Below, piece by piece: positions 27,421 to 39,900 of a DNA stretch of 64,000 bases; position 1 is the first letter of the stretch, and every line of letters starts with the position of its first letter. The position numbers and the translations under genes were made by a program. The notes below the pieces were generated by a model. The model did not search any database and was not told the origin of the DNA. It was given only the letters and a program-made list of their open reading frames with translations. This DNA is from Mobula hypostoma (Eukaryota). The stretch is from assembly GCF_963921235.1 (NCBI RefSeq), contig NC_086108.1, forward strand, positions 84,446,001 through 84,510,000, given 5' to 3'.

Positions 27421-27760
27421 TTCGATGTCTCTGTAAGTTTTCAGGCGATTCAAAGGCTTGTGATGTGTGGATAGTGTAGAAACTGACATGGCATTCACAG
27501 CAGTAGCTATGGGCAAAGGAATGGCAGATGCAGTGTAACCCAGCTAAAGGTGTAGTGTTGCACTTTGGGAGATCAATGTAAAGGGTCAGGACACTATTAA
27601 TGGCAGGGCCCATATCAGCATTGATGTAGAGAAGGATCTTGGGGTCCAGGTTCATACTCCCTGAAAGTGGCTAAACAGGTTGATAAGAAGGTAAAGAAGG
27701 TGCTTGCCTTTATTGGTTGAGGAAGTGAGTTCAAGAGTCAGAAATTTATGTTGTAGATTT

Positions 27761-29946
27761 TGTCACATACCCTGTGACGGGTTAAAGAACCAGCAGAGAT
27801 GGAAAACACTTTGGATTCCAGTACTGCTATCAGCTAATAATATTTATAAGTAACTATGCAATACAGTAATACACCCTGTCCTCGTTATATGCGGGGGATA
27901 CGTTCCTCAAAGTTGACGCATAATGTGAAATCGCATAATGTGAATAATTATTTAAATGCAGAAAATAGGGATGCGTTCCAGAGGGCTTCCTAAATATGTT
28001 TGATCTATAATTTATTCACATTTTCACACCAATACGACACAAAAGCAATACTACAAGACTTTTGTATTATATTTCATCAATTTAAGGTAATAAATCATAG
28101 AAAGTTAACATCCGAGGGTGTATAGTACTCACCAACAGTGGCAGGTGTGTTCGCTCCAGGAGATAAGTGGTTGTTGTGGTGTCGGGCAGCTTTACAGGGA
28201 TAAAGTGGATGGTTGTGGTCGGCAGGATGATATCAAGCACAGCATGGGGTGAAGGAAGACTCACAGAACTCTTAGAACTGCCGGCAGCAGCAGATTACAG
28301 TGATTTGCATAAAGTGGTGAGGGTTGTTGGCTTGGCAGCATTTTGTTTTTCAGCATAAATTTGCTCGTAGGGAAGAAGGGTTGACGGCAGGGAACGACTG
28401 AAATGCTGACTCATGTTCTAAACTTGGGTCCACGTCCATCGCCATTTGTGCCAAGTGTTCTGACTTCCACCATTCCCTCACCGTCGGTAAACTCCCAGGA
28501 TTTTCAAAATCGTCTGTTGCTTACAGCATCTGAGAGACAGTTCGCGGTAAAAAAATACCCACGCCTTGAATGTGGATTACACCTTGGTCGAGTGGTTGAA
28601 TCAGTGATGTTGTGTTAGGCAGCAGGAAACGCACTGTTATGTTAGGATCAATGCTGTCCAAATGTTTAGGATGGGCTGGCACATTGTCAAGCAACAAAAG
28701 AACTTTAAAGGCAAGATTCTGTTCCTGGCAGTAGCGTCCCAGAGCTGTGTTACCTTCAGCTGATGCCGCGCTGTTTCTAATTTCCAATTTTTTTTCAAGT
28801 GTTAAAGCGGTTCTCTGCCGCTCGGCTGACAGCCCAAGACATGACATCGGACGCTTAGGAAGCATAGTTAAATATTTCAAGCGTAAAATCATTGCACCGT
28901 AGGTAAAACCAACAGAAGTTTAAGGTCGTGCATCCACACCTTGCCAAAACCAATGCGAGAGTGATGGGAGAGAGATTGTGAGGTGCGTGCACCTGACGCG
29001 TACTGGCAAGAAAGTGGTACTTCTCATCCCTGTGAGGTGTGCACACATGACTTGTATTGGCGGGAAAGCAGTGCTCCTCGCATAACTGTGAGTTTTGGAC
29101 GTATATAACGAGACGTTGGTAGAAATAGGTTCCTCGCATAACTGTGAATCCGCATTGTCTGAAGACACATATAACGAGGATAGGGTGTATAAATGCAGAT
29201 AAACCAAACAAATTAGCAATTATGTAAGTAAGCATATCAGTAAGTGTGGAAATATATGAAAAACCAAGCTTCTTCAAGTCTAGGGGTAAATAGTCTTACG
29301 ATAATGAGTAAAGTTCAGTTCAGTTTGTGGTATTGAGTTGAGTAGTGATGGAGAGAGAGGGGGGAGAGATTTGAGTCTTCAGGTGAGCTGACGCCGTCGA
29401 TCTTCCCGTTGTCCTCCGAAATCCTTTAAAAGTCACCAACTGTGACCACCACAAAGGGTACCGTTCTTCTGTGGTAGAATAATCAACCCAGGTGACGGTT
29501 GGGCACACAAATAATTCCCCACCGGTCTCGCCCTGTTCATACTGCAAGAGCCACTGAACGATCCGCCTGATCAACCCTTCAAAACCAACTTTTTCTATGG
29601 GCACAACAAATCTCATTCAGCGTCCAAAATCATGTGTCTCCGGTCTATCATCTGACCTTCTATTTATCTCCCCGTGCTGAGTACCAACTGTCTTTCAAAT
29701 CAGCTCCTCCCTTCTCTTGCTGTGTAAGAATGTACAAGCAGGCCATGTCCTTGTAGAAATGTAAACATGCTGTTGAAAAATCATAACACCATCTCAAAGC
29801 AGTCTTCATTTCTCTCTCTCTTACAAGCAAGATGTCGGTGTTACATAACTCTCTCTTTCTCTTTTTAACAAGGTGTCTGTTGTTGAACACCTCTCTCTCT
29901 CTTTCCAAAAGCACAGTTCATAGGGGTAATTCAGGACCCCATCACA
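27761..29946 (-). mobile_element. Solo LTR interrupted by a Tigger element
   Basis: tgtcac...atcaca termini, flanks attt/cttt; start resembles the LTR at 57219 (aaccagcaga(g/a)atgga). Confidence 0.65.
27872..29187 (-). mobile_element. Tigger/pogo internally deleted DNA transposon
   Basis: 20-bp TIR caccctgtcctcgttatatg (19/20 match), TA on both sides; ORF fuses the HTH start (RQRTALTLEKKLEI) to DDE motifs LLLLDNVPAHP..PNTTSLIQPLDQGVI. Confidence 0.92.
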
Positions 29947-30334
29947 CTTTAGTTAGGTCCCATCTGCATACTACATTCAGTTCAGTCACCCTATTAAAGG
30001 AAGGATGTGGAAGCTTTGGAGGATGCAGAAGAGGGTTACCAGAATGCTGCCTGTATTAAAGGGCATGTGCTATTAGGAAAGGTTAGACTAATTTGGGTTG
30101 TTTACTCTAGAGAGGCAGAAGGTCAGGAGAGATCTGACAAAGTTTTGTAAGATTATGTGAGGCACAGATAGTAGATAGTTAATATCTTCACATCAGAGTT
30201 TAAATGGCTAATACTGGAGGGCAAGCATTTAAGGTGAGAGGGGCTAAGTTCAAAGGAGATGTGCAGACAGGTGATTTTACAGAGTGGTGGGTGCCTGGAA
30301 TGCACTGCCAGTGATGACGGTGGCAAACATAATA

Positions 30335-31425
30335 GTGGCCCCCTTGTGCAATTGAATCCCGGATTTCCGCACTTGCAGACTCCAGTCAGTTTGGATTGGC
30401 AAAAGCATCTCCTCCACAATCTCCATCAGCACAGGAGCACCACAGGGATGTGTACTTAGCCCCCTGCTCTACTCGCTTTACACTTGTAACTGTGTGGCTA
30501 AGTACAGCTCCAACACCATATTCAAGTTTGCTGATGACATCACTTTTGTGGGCCTTATCAATGGTGGTGATGAATCAGCATTCAGGAGAGAGACTGAAAA
30601 TCTGGCTGAGTGGTATAATAACAGGAGTCTCTCACTTGATGTCAAGGAACTGATAATAGACTTCAGAAGAGGGAAACTAGAGGTCCATGAGCCAGTACTT
30701 ATCAGAGGATCAGAAGTGGAGAGAGTCAGTAAATTCCTCTGTGTCACTATCTCAAAGGACCTGTCCTGGACCCATCATATGAATATAATTGTTAAAAAAG
30801 CACAAGATCACCTCTACTTCCTCAGGAGTCTGTGGAGATTCAGCATGTCATCAAAACCTTGGCAAACTTCTATAGACGTGTGGTGGAAAGTTCACTGACT
30901 GACTACATTACAGCCTAGTATGGAAACACCAATGCCTTTGAATGAAAAATCCTACAAAGGATAGTGGATTCAGCTCAGTACATCACAGGTACTGTGACAT
31001 GACATGTTGCCGTAGAAAAGCAGCATCCATCATCAAAGATCCTCACCACCCAGGCCCTGCTTTTTTCTCACTGCTGCCATCAGGTAGAAGGTAAAAGTGC
31101 CTCAGGACTCGCACCACCAAGTTCAAGAACAGTTACTAACCCTCAACCGTCAAGCACTTGAACAAAAGGGGATAACTACACTCATTCCATTTCTGGTGTT
31201 CCCACAACTGATGGTCTCACTTTAAGGACTCTTTATCTTGTTATTTCATGCTTTCGTTATTTATTGCTATTTATTTATATTTGCATTTGCATAGTTTGTT
31301 ATTCATTGATCGTGTTTATATATACTGTTCTATAGATTTGCTGAGTATGCCCATAAGAAAAATAATCTCAGGGATGTATGTGGTGACATGTATGTACTCT
31401 GATAATAAATTTTACTTTAAACTTT
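30335..31425 (+). mobile_element. Rex1/Babar LINE, RT and 3' end
   Basis: IFKFADDITFVGLI, KELIIDFRR, DLSWTHH, DPHHPG; tail gataataaattttactttaaactt. Confidence 0.85.
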
Positions 31426-32498
31426 GGCATTCGAGAGGCTCTTAGAATGTGAATGTGCAGAAAATGGAAGATATGGACATTGAGTAGGAGGAAGGATTAG
31501 TGTAGTTAGGAAGTTAATAATTACAGGTGTCTCCCGCTTTTTGAACATTCACTTTATGAAACCTCACTGTTACGAAAGACCTACATTAGTTCCCTGTATT
31601 TGCTAACAGAAGGTGTTTTCACTGTTACAAAAAAAGGCAGTGCGCGAAAAAAATCAGCACGCGCCCCGAGCAGCCGCTCTCCCCCGGATTCGGAACGGCA
31701 TTCTCACCGGCATTGCTTAAACACGTGCCTGTGAGCAGCCGTTAGCAAGATGAGTTCCAAGGTATCAGAAAAGCCTAAAAGAGCTCGTAAGGGTGTTACA
31801 CAGCCTAAAACTAGACATAATTAAGTGTTTTGATGGTGGTGAACAAAGTAAGGGCAAAGTGAGTTTGGCTTGTGGAAGTTGACGAAGATGATGTTGAAGA
31901 GGTTTTGGCATCCCATGACCAAGAACTGACAGATGAAGAGTTGATGAAATTAGAAGAGGAAGGGATAACAATCGAAACCGAATGCAGTAGTGAACAGGCC
32001 GCGGACAGATACCCATTCGAGGAGAATGCAGCGGTAGCCGTAGCCAGGAGGCACACAGCACATCTTTAAGAAAAAAGCAGAAATAAACAAGCTAATTAAT
32101 TAGGTGCCACCCGGCAGGTAATTGTCAGCCCAGATCAGTTGCGACGCAATCGGCAACCGCCTCTGATCTGGGCCGACATCTACGTGCCGGGTGGCACCTA
32201 ATTAATTAGCATGTTTATTTCGGCTTTTTTCTTAAAGATGTGCTGGATGTGTCCCGGCTACCGCTGTACCCCTGCATGCTTCGCGGATCGGTATCGGGTC
32301 GCTGCCTGGAGGGTGGGGGCCACTGCACCACCCCAACCTCCGACATCATCAGTGTGCTCGGCGCTGTCCCAATTCCGGTAAGTGATACTACACTGTACAT
32401 AAATAACAGAAATTCTGCAGATGCTGGAAATTCAAGCAACACACATCAAAGTTGCTGGTGAACGCAGCAGGCCAGGCAGCATCTCTAGGAAGAGGTAC

Positions 32499-32534
32499 AG
32501 TCGACGTTTCAGGCCGAGACCCTTCGTCAGGACT
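32499..32534 (-). ncRNA. Minimal type I hammerhead ribozyme motif
   Basis: agtc CTGACGA agg-gtctcgg-cct GAAA cg TC gact. Confidence 0.8.
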
Positions 32535-33020
32535 AACTGAAGGAAGATTTAGTAAGAGTTTTGAAAGTAGGAGGGGGAGGGGAGATAAAAAATGATAGGA
32601 GAAGACAGGAGAGGGAGGGATGGAGCCAAGAGCTGGGCAGGTGATAGGCAAAGGGAATATGAGAGGATCATGGGACAGGAGGCCCGGGGAGAAAGAAAAG
32701 GGGGGGGACCCAGAGGATGGGCAAGGGGTATTGTCAGAGGGACAGAGGGAGAAAAAGGAGAGTGAGAGGAAGAATGTGTGTATAAAAATAAATAATAGAT
32801 GGGGTACGAGGGGGAGGTGGGGCATTAGCGGAAGTTAGAGAAGTCAATGCTCATGCCATCAGGTTGGAGGCTACCCAGGTGGAATATAAGGTGTTGTTCC
32901 TCCAACCTGAGTGTGGCTTCATCTTTACAGTAGAGGAGGCCGTGGATAGACATGTCAGAATGGGAATGGGATGTGGAATTAAAATGTGTGGCCACTGGGA
33001 GATCCTGCTTTCCTTCAGTT

Positions 33021-33054
33021 GTCCTGATGAAGGGTCTCGGCCTGAAACGTCGAC
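33021..33054 (+). ncRNA. Minimal type I hammerhead ribozyme motif
   Basis: gtc CTGATGA agg-gtctcgg-cct GAAA cg TC gac. Confidence 0.78.
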
Positions 33055-34222
33055 TGTACCTCTTCCTAGAGATGCTGCCTGGCCTGCTGAGTTCACCAGC
33101 AACTTTGATGTGTGTTGCTACACTGTACATACATTATTTCTACTATATATCGGCTGTGTATTTTTACGTGTTATTTGGTATGATTTGGCAGCTTCATAGT
33201 TTAAAGGTTACTGGAGAGAGTGTTTCTGCCGAGAGCGTTTGCGTGAGATTTTTGCTATGGAGAACAGTGCAGGCAATGATTGTGGACAGGTATTTTTACT
33301 TTATATAGGCAGTGTATCTATCATATTATTCCTGCTTTTACTATATGTTACTGTTATTTTAGGTTTTATGTGTTATTTGGCATGATCTGATAGGTTATTT
33401 CTGGGTCTGCGAACGCTCACAAATTTTTCCCACATAAATAAATGGTAATTGCTTCTTCGCTTTACAACATTCTGGCTTACGAACCGTTTCACAGGAACGC
33501 TCTACCTTTGGATGGCGGGGGAAACCTGTAATTTATTTAGTTCTGCACAACATTGTGGGCCATAGACCTGATCCTCTGCTGTATGTGCTAGTTTTTAAAT
33601 GTCAGTGGTTATCAGTCATTGAAATTTTAAAATCCATGACAAGAAAACTCTGCCTCCAGTTTTGCCTTGCATCAGAGTCTTGACAGTACATCTATAGCAT
33701 TATAGGAACACATTTGTCTCATTGAGTCTTTATACAAGGCCTACTTAGCAAGGCCAACTCTCCCACCTTCCCCACATAGCTTTGCGGTTCTCCTTTTCAA
33801 ATACTTATTCAGCTACCTTTAAAACACCACTGACTGCATTACCTGAGACTAGTGACAGAATTCCATGATATAAAACATTAGCAAGATTGGCCCTTATGAT
33901 CCAGTCTAGATATATGCAGGTATGCAAGGACGGCAAATGCCAAGTCTGGATAGCAAACTCCAGAGCAATGAATCTGGATATCAAAACCTGGTGTGATCAA
34001 ACCTCTTTGATTTTAGACATTCCACAGGCCTTCTAAAACCACCAAAACATTTTGAGAGGAACTGCTTGATCAATTGACATAAAAAGTGCAGTTCCGCCTC
34101 CACATTTGAAATAAATAATAACATTAATCTCTTTTTGACAGCATGGTTCCACATGACTAATTTAGTTAATTCCAGGCATTTGACAAATTGTTGTGTATAT
34201 AGTACTTCAATAATATTTGAGT

Positions 34223-35895
34223 TAAAGAGCACTAGCGCTAGTACACACCCCTGCCTCACCCCTGTGTGTACAAGGAAGGGCTTGGACTCTTGCCCTCCTA
34301 TGGTCACCCGAGCAGTCATCCCACCATGGAACTGGCGGAGGATGTTAACAAATTTATTGGGACAGCCAAACCTAAGGAGAACATCCCATAAGAGCTCTCT
34401 TTGCACAGTGTTGAATGCTTTGGAGAGGTCAACAAAGGCCATAAGCAGGTCCTGATGTTGCTCCCGGCACTTTTCCTGAAGCTGCTGAGCTGTAAAGATC
34501 ATGTCAATCGTGCTCCTGTTCTTCCTAAATCCACACTGCGATTCAGGCAGCATTGACTCGATGATGGTGCTAATGAGTCTCTGAAGCATCGCCTTAGCCA
34601 GGACCTTTCCAGCAACAGAAAGGAGTGATATGCCCCTACTATTGCCGCAGATGGCCTTGTCACCCTTCTTCTTATAAATGACGACAATGTTTGCGTTTCT
34701 CCATTGCTGTGGGATGTTCTCATCAGTTCAGGCCTTGTGTATAAGCCTCAGTCTTCCTCTTGTGTGTTACCAAGCTTCTACACAACGAGTCTGAAGACAG
34801 CAGTGGTGTGGCAGTGGACGTCAGATTAGATGGCAACCTCTTTGACATCAGGAGGCTCCATGTAACCACCAAACTCCCTGGAGAGTGGGTCCTGGAGCTG
34901 TAGTATGCAGACGATTGTGCTCTTGTGGCCCATACTCCGGAAGATCTTCAGACTGTCCTTGCTGTGGCGGTGAGAGCGTACAGCAGGATGGGGCTGACTG
35001 TCAATACCACCAAGACAGAAGTGGTTTGCCAGTGAAGTACCAGTGTCCCACCCAATCTACCTGCCTTCACTGTTGGTGATGAAAAGCTGTCAGTAGTGCC
35101 ATCTTTCAAATATCTGGGGAGCATTCTCTCTGAGGATAGCGGCATTGACAACAACATCCAGAGCCGCATTAAACAGGCATCATCTGCCTTTGGGAGACTT
35201 TGGCGTAGAATCTTTCAGAACAGGAGCCTTCATCCCTCCACAAAGGTCACCATATACCAAGCGTCTGTGTCACCACCCTCCTTTATAGCTGTGAAGCTTG
35301 GGTAACCTATAGCCGTCACATCAAGTCCTTGGAGCGCTTCCACAAAAGCTGCCTCCAGCGCATCCTGGAAATTACCTGGCGTGAGCAGGTGCCTCACACT
35401 GAAATACTTGTAAACACCAACTGCAGAAGTATTGAGGCCATGATCACCCAGCATCAGCTGCAGTGGCTGGGGCACGTGATAAGGATGCCCCCATGTCGGC
35501 TACCCCGCAGAGTGTTATACGGCCAGCTACATCATGGTCGACGCTCAGCTGGAAGGCCAAAGAAGTACTATAAGGATCAGATGAAGAATGCTTTAAGGAA
35601 GTGCAAGATCAGACCCGAGGACCTAGAGGAGGTTACTGCTGACCATACCACTTGGCGACAGCTGTGTAGGGACAGGGTTCATATTCTGGAGATGGAAAGA
35701 ACAACCAGAAGACAGCAGAAGAGAGCCAGGAGAAATGCTGCCACGGTTTCCACCAGTACCACCACCACTACTACATATACATGTCCCACCTGCAATAGAG
35801 ATTGTGGGTCCAAGATAGGACTGTATAGTCATCAAAGATTTCACTGTTAAAGCAGTGGATGTTGTCATCGGATTTCGAGTGACAACTGAAGAAGT
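34223..35895 (+). mobile_element. RTE-clade LINE with 5' inversion
   Basis: Minus part: LPESQCGFRKNRSTIDMIF..FVDLSKAF..GVRQGCVLA. Plus part: DGNLFDIRR, ADDCAL, FKYLGS, QWLGHVIRM, CPTC..SHQRFH; (gaa)n tail; TSD atatttgagt. Confidence 0.9.
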
Positions 35896-36659
35896 ATATT
35901 TGAGTAATATTATAGATTATATTGTTTGATGAGGCATTCTATATTGTTTATATAATTCATTATGAGTTATATGTAAAAGTACGTGATTGACATATGCCAT
36001 TACGCCACCACATCATATGTACATGTCAATGCAGCATGCCAGCTGTGGCCGTTTCACTAAAGTAAAAATAAAACTAAACTACAAGAGTACATTTCCAGCT
36101 CTGCATTTTTCTTTCAATTAGTTTTCACATTTTGGAGTTACAAAACATAACTGTGGAAATGAGTAAGTTTTAAAATGAACCTAAGACAACCCCTACCTGT
36201 TGACACACAGTGAGGCATTCGAGTTTAAAAAAGAGCAAACCATGCTTTCTTCGCAAAAGTTTACAAAGAACGAGCAAGATTCATGGATTCATAAACATCG
36301 ATGTTTATGAACCATGAATCTTGCTCATTTAAAAGAGCAGTTGAAATCGCTGTATCAGTGGAAACTGCACACAGAGACAATTGAGTTGCAGTCAGGAATT
36401 AAAGTGAGGGTGAACAAAACTTCAACGTCTAAACAGAAACTGGCCTTTCTGAAAAAACAGTGTTAACCTTGTGGCAGGGGCTCATGTACACTAGACTAAT
36501 GCAGGTTTTAAAGGCAAAACATCAGAAAATGTAACAAAGTAGGACACATACAAAGAGCAAGTCGGGCAGACAACGATAAATGGACTGCAGAGAGAAGAGA
36601 AAAAGAGTCAAGTTGCAGTTTCAAAAAAAGCACTAATCTGCATGCTGTTGATGAAGAAT

Positions 36660-36965
36660 TTATGTAAAAAGAATATTATTAAATTGGTCGCCTCTTTCAT
36701 TAATTGGTCGAATAAACTCTATCAAAATGAATATATTACCTAAATTTATATATCTTTTTCAGGCATTGCTGGTTTTCATTCCTAAATCCTTTTTTGATTC
36801 TCTCGACTCTATTGTATCTTCTTATATATGGAAGAATAAGCGTTCTAGATTAAATAAAATTCATCTTCATAAGGATAAGAAGCATGTAGGATTAGCCTTA
36901 CCCAATTTTAGATTTTATTATTGGGCAGTTAATATAAGAAATCTTACATTTTGGTCCTTATATGC
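36660..36965 (+). mobile_element. L1 ORF2 fragment inside the Gypsy element
   Basis: MNILPKFIYLFQAL..GLALPNFRFYYWA. Confidence 0.8.
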
Positions 36966-39900
36966 GATTTAGCTCAATGTACTGACATATTTTTCCTGTA
37001 CTCTGTATTCATATATATATATATATTAATTAATAAGAATATTGAAAGAGAAGAATTTGATTATGATTTGAATGACACAGGACTGAGTAGCCTTGAGATT
37101 TAAAATGTGAAAACTAACAATAGACAAGCAATATGGCTTACACCGGAATATACAGCAAACTAAATAAAATGAATTGGATATTGGCTCAGCTGTTCCATTC
37201 ATTCCACAAAATGATTTTGAATGGCATTTCAAAGATACTGAACTGAATCCTACAGATATCCACCTAAGAACTTCCACTGGAGAAAAGATCTCATATGAGA
37301 ATAACAGTGAAATACAACAACCAACAAGCCACATTGGGCATGTATGTGGTAAAAACAAGAGGGCCAGCATTGTGGGGTCACAATTGACTCCGACAACTAT
37401 AACTTAATTAGAGATCCATCCACCATTTGCATGCCACATTGCTGGTAAGAGGGTCAAATGAAAGTGAATTAAGAAAGAATCTAGGTGAAGCCACAACAGT
37501 GTTCAAGGATGGCATTAGGAAATATCAAGGGTAAAATAGTGTTAAATGAAAATGCCACACCCAAGTTTTACAAAGCACGTCCTGTGACAAAGTAGCCAGT
37601 GAGCTAGATCACATGGAGGCTGAAGGAAATACCTAAAAAAAAATTACAAAAGACGATACTCCTCTTGACATTTTCTCCCTAATGCAAATCGAAATTCTCC
37701 CCATTACGGCAGAGACGGTCCAAAGGGAAACCAGAAAAGACCCCACACTGTCTCAGGTCTACATGGCCATCCAAAATGGCTGGAATGTGCAGCAGAAACT
37801 CCAGCTCCCCCATTTTTACCAGCACCAGAACAACTTGCCTTGACAGAGGCTGCCTTATGTGAGGATTGAGAGTTGTACCATCCAAGTTGAAAGCTAAAGT
37901 GTTGGACGAGTTACATGTCAGTCTTCCAGGAGTGGTCAAAATGAAAGCGTTGGCTTGAAGCTCTGGCCGGTGGCCTGGGATAGATCAGCAGATGTTTGAG
38001 ATGCCGTCACATCCAGAAGACAACAAGAGCAGCACCTCTCCATCAGTGGAAATGGCCTGTATTGCCCTCGCAGATAATTCATGTGGATTTTGTTGGACCC
38101 CTCAGTGGCATCAATTTCTTGATAGTGGTTGCAGCTACAAAGTGGCCAGAAATGTTCCCAATAGCCTCCACTACAGCCTCACACTCAGTTGATGTGGTGA
38201 GAAGCCTCTTCAGAAATGTTCCCAATAGCCTCCACTACAGCCTCACACACAGTTGATGTGGTGAGAAGCCTCTCCTCAAGTACTGGTTTCAGAGCTCTTA
38301 ATCAGTGACAATGGACAACTTTTTGTTGGGAACAGTTTCAATCATTCCTGCAAATGAATGGAATAAGACATGCTGCATCTGCACTGTACCACTCAGCTAC
38401 AAATGGATTGGCAGAAAGGTTTGCCCGGTCTGAAGAACGCACTGAGAGAAATGTCAGCAGAACGCACTACACTAACACTGAATCAGAAGCTCACCGATGT
38501 CCTCCTTGAACATCGCAATGCAGCGCACCCAACAACTCACCAGGTATGCTGTTCCTGGGTCATCCCTTGTGCTCACTCTCAGATCTCCTCAAACCCAATC
38601 TTTGAAAGAGTATGCAGAACAAACTGCTGGGACAAATTGAGGGCTCCCCAAACAAGGAGATTCAATGTTTTACTCCTGGACAGATAGTTCTAGTGAGAGA
38701 CTACAGCAGTGATCAAAACTGGGTACTTGGAAAGATTAACAACAGAACTGGACCACTCTCCTACACAGTGGAGATGGTGTCTTATGTTATCTGGAGAGCA
38801 CACATTGATCAGTTGAGGAGCAGAGTCAATCGTAAAAGAAAGGTGTCCAGACCTGTCAGAACCTCATCTTGCAGTCCCCTCCTACAACCACTACAGAGGA
38901 GGCCCCAGAACCTGAGATTGTTTCACAGCCACAAGTCACCTACTAAGCAGGTTGAATCTACCCAACCCCACTTGTCAGGAAAAACATTATCTCACAAGAG
39001 TAAGCAAGCCTCCAAAGCAATTAAATCTTTAGGCCTGAATGAGACAAATTATTAAAATTTACTACGCTGTGCACATCAGAGTCTTGTAGCTGTATTATAC
39101 AGTATACATAGTTGAGATGCATTCTATATTGAGATGAATTTATAGCTAAGCAGGGAGGAGTATTGTGTGTTTATTACTTCAGCAATATTGTCAGATTAGG
39201 AATTCTGCGCTGTTTACATAATTCATTATGGGTTATACATAAAGGTACATGAATGACATACATCATTACACCACCATGTCATGTGGGTGTTTCACTGAAG
39301 TAAAAATGAAACTAAAGTACATACGTTATTCCCGGCTCCACATTTTTCTTTTTAATTAGTTTTTTGTTTTGGACTTACAACACAGAACAAATATCATAAT
39401 GCAATTTGAAACTTTTCAGCCATTTCATTCAGTTAAAAGCTACAAATATAACTACAGAATACAGAAGTACAGCTGTCTGAATCATTGGGAGTCAGGAGAT
39501 TACGGAAATCTCTTCCATTTAAACTGGGCCAAATACAATGACAGAATGTTAAATACAAGCTCTGGATTTAAGGAAATTAAAACTATCCTTTTCCCTTTCA
39601 TCTTCACCACAGGATGAAAGATATCAATCTTAACTTTCACCTGGAACAGAACATGATTTCTTAAATGCAATCACAATCAAAAACAGTCGGAAATGAAATT
39701 TCTTCAGGGAGGTATCCTGTTAAGTGAAAATTAACCAAATGAATTTGGTGCTTGTGCAATTGGAATTTCATGTCTACACAGACGGGCTACAAGGAGTAGT
39801 CTTTCTCGATCCAAGGAGCTGGCTGACTGACAAAAGCAGCTGGATACAAGTAGGCCTTTATGCAGTATGTACATTGCTAAGCTGCCCCAAAGGAGCTCGG

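Larger units (their letters stand above)
27430..30330 (+). mobile_element. Old CR1 3' region split by an LTR insertion (27761-29946)
   Basis: CR1 sequence stops at 27760 and resumes at 29947 (LVRSHL). Confidence 0.7.
32402..33117 (-). mobile_element. Young Penelope-like 3' fragment with inverted terminal copy and 14-bp TSD
   Basis: QDLPVATHFNSTSHS..RLEEQHLIFHLGSLQPDGM is the GIY-YIG C-terminus; TSD ctacactgtacata at 32388-32401 and 33118-33131. Confidence 0.9.
31524..33528 (+). mobile_element. Tigger-type non-autonomous transposon containing a hairpin and a Penelope insertion
   Basis: TIR caggtgtctcccgc versus reverse complement caggtttcccccgc, TA flanks; remnants MSSKVSEKPKRARKGVT and EVDEDDVEEVLASHDQELTDEEL. 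Confidence 0.85.
34189..39389 (+). mobile_element. Old Gypsy LTR retrotransposon, internally deleted
   Basis: 5' LTR at 34189-34222 plus 35906-~36151; 3' LTR at 39161-39389 preceded by the polypurine tract agggaggag; gag Zn-knuckle remnant near 36460-36560 (KVGHIQRA), protease ELDIGSAV near 37170, integrase IHVDFVGP near 38075. Confidence 0.8.

Noticed and set aside
33981..34589. 202-aa ORF as a novel RT fusion
   Set aside because: Read-through from the inverted RTE segment into the LTR and flanking DNA.
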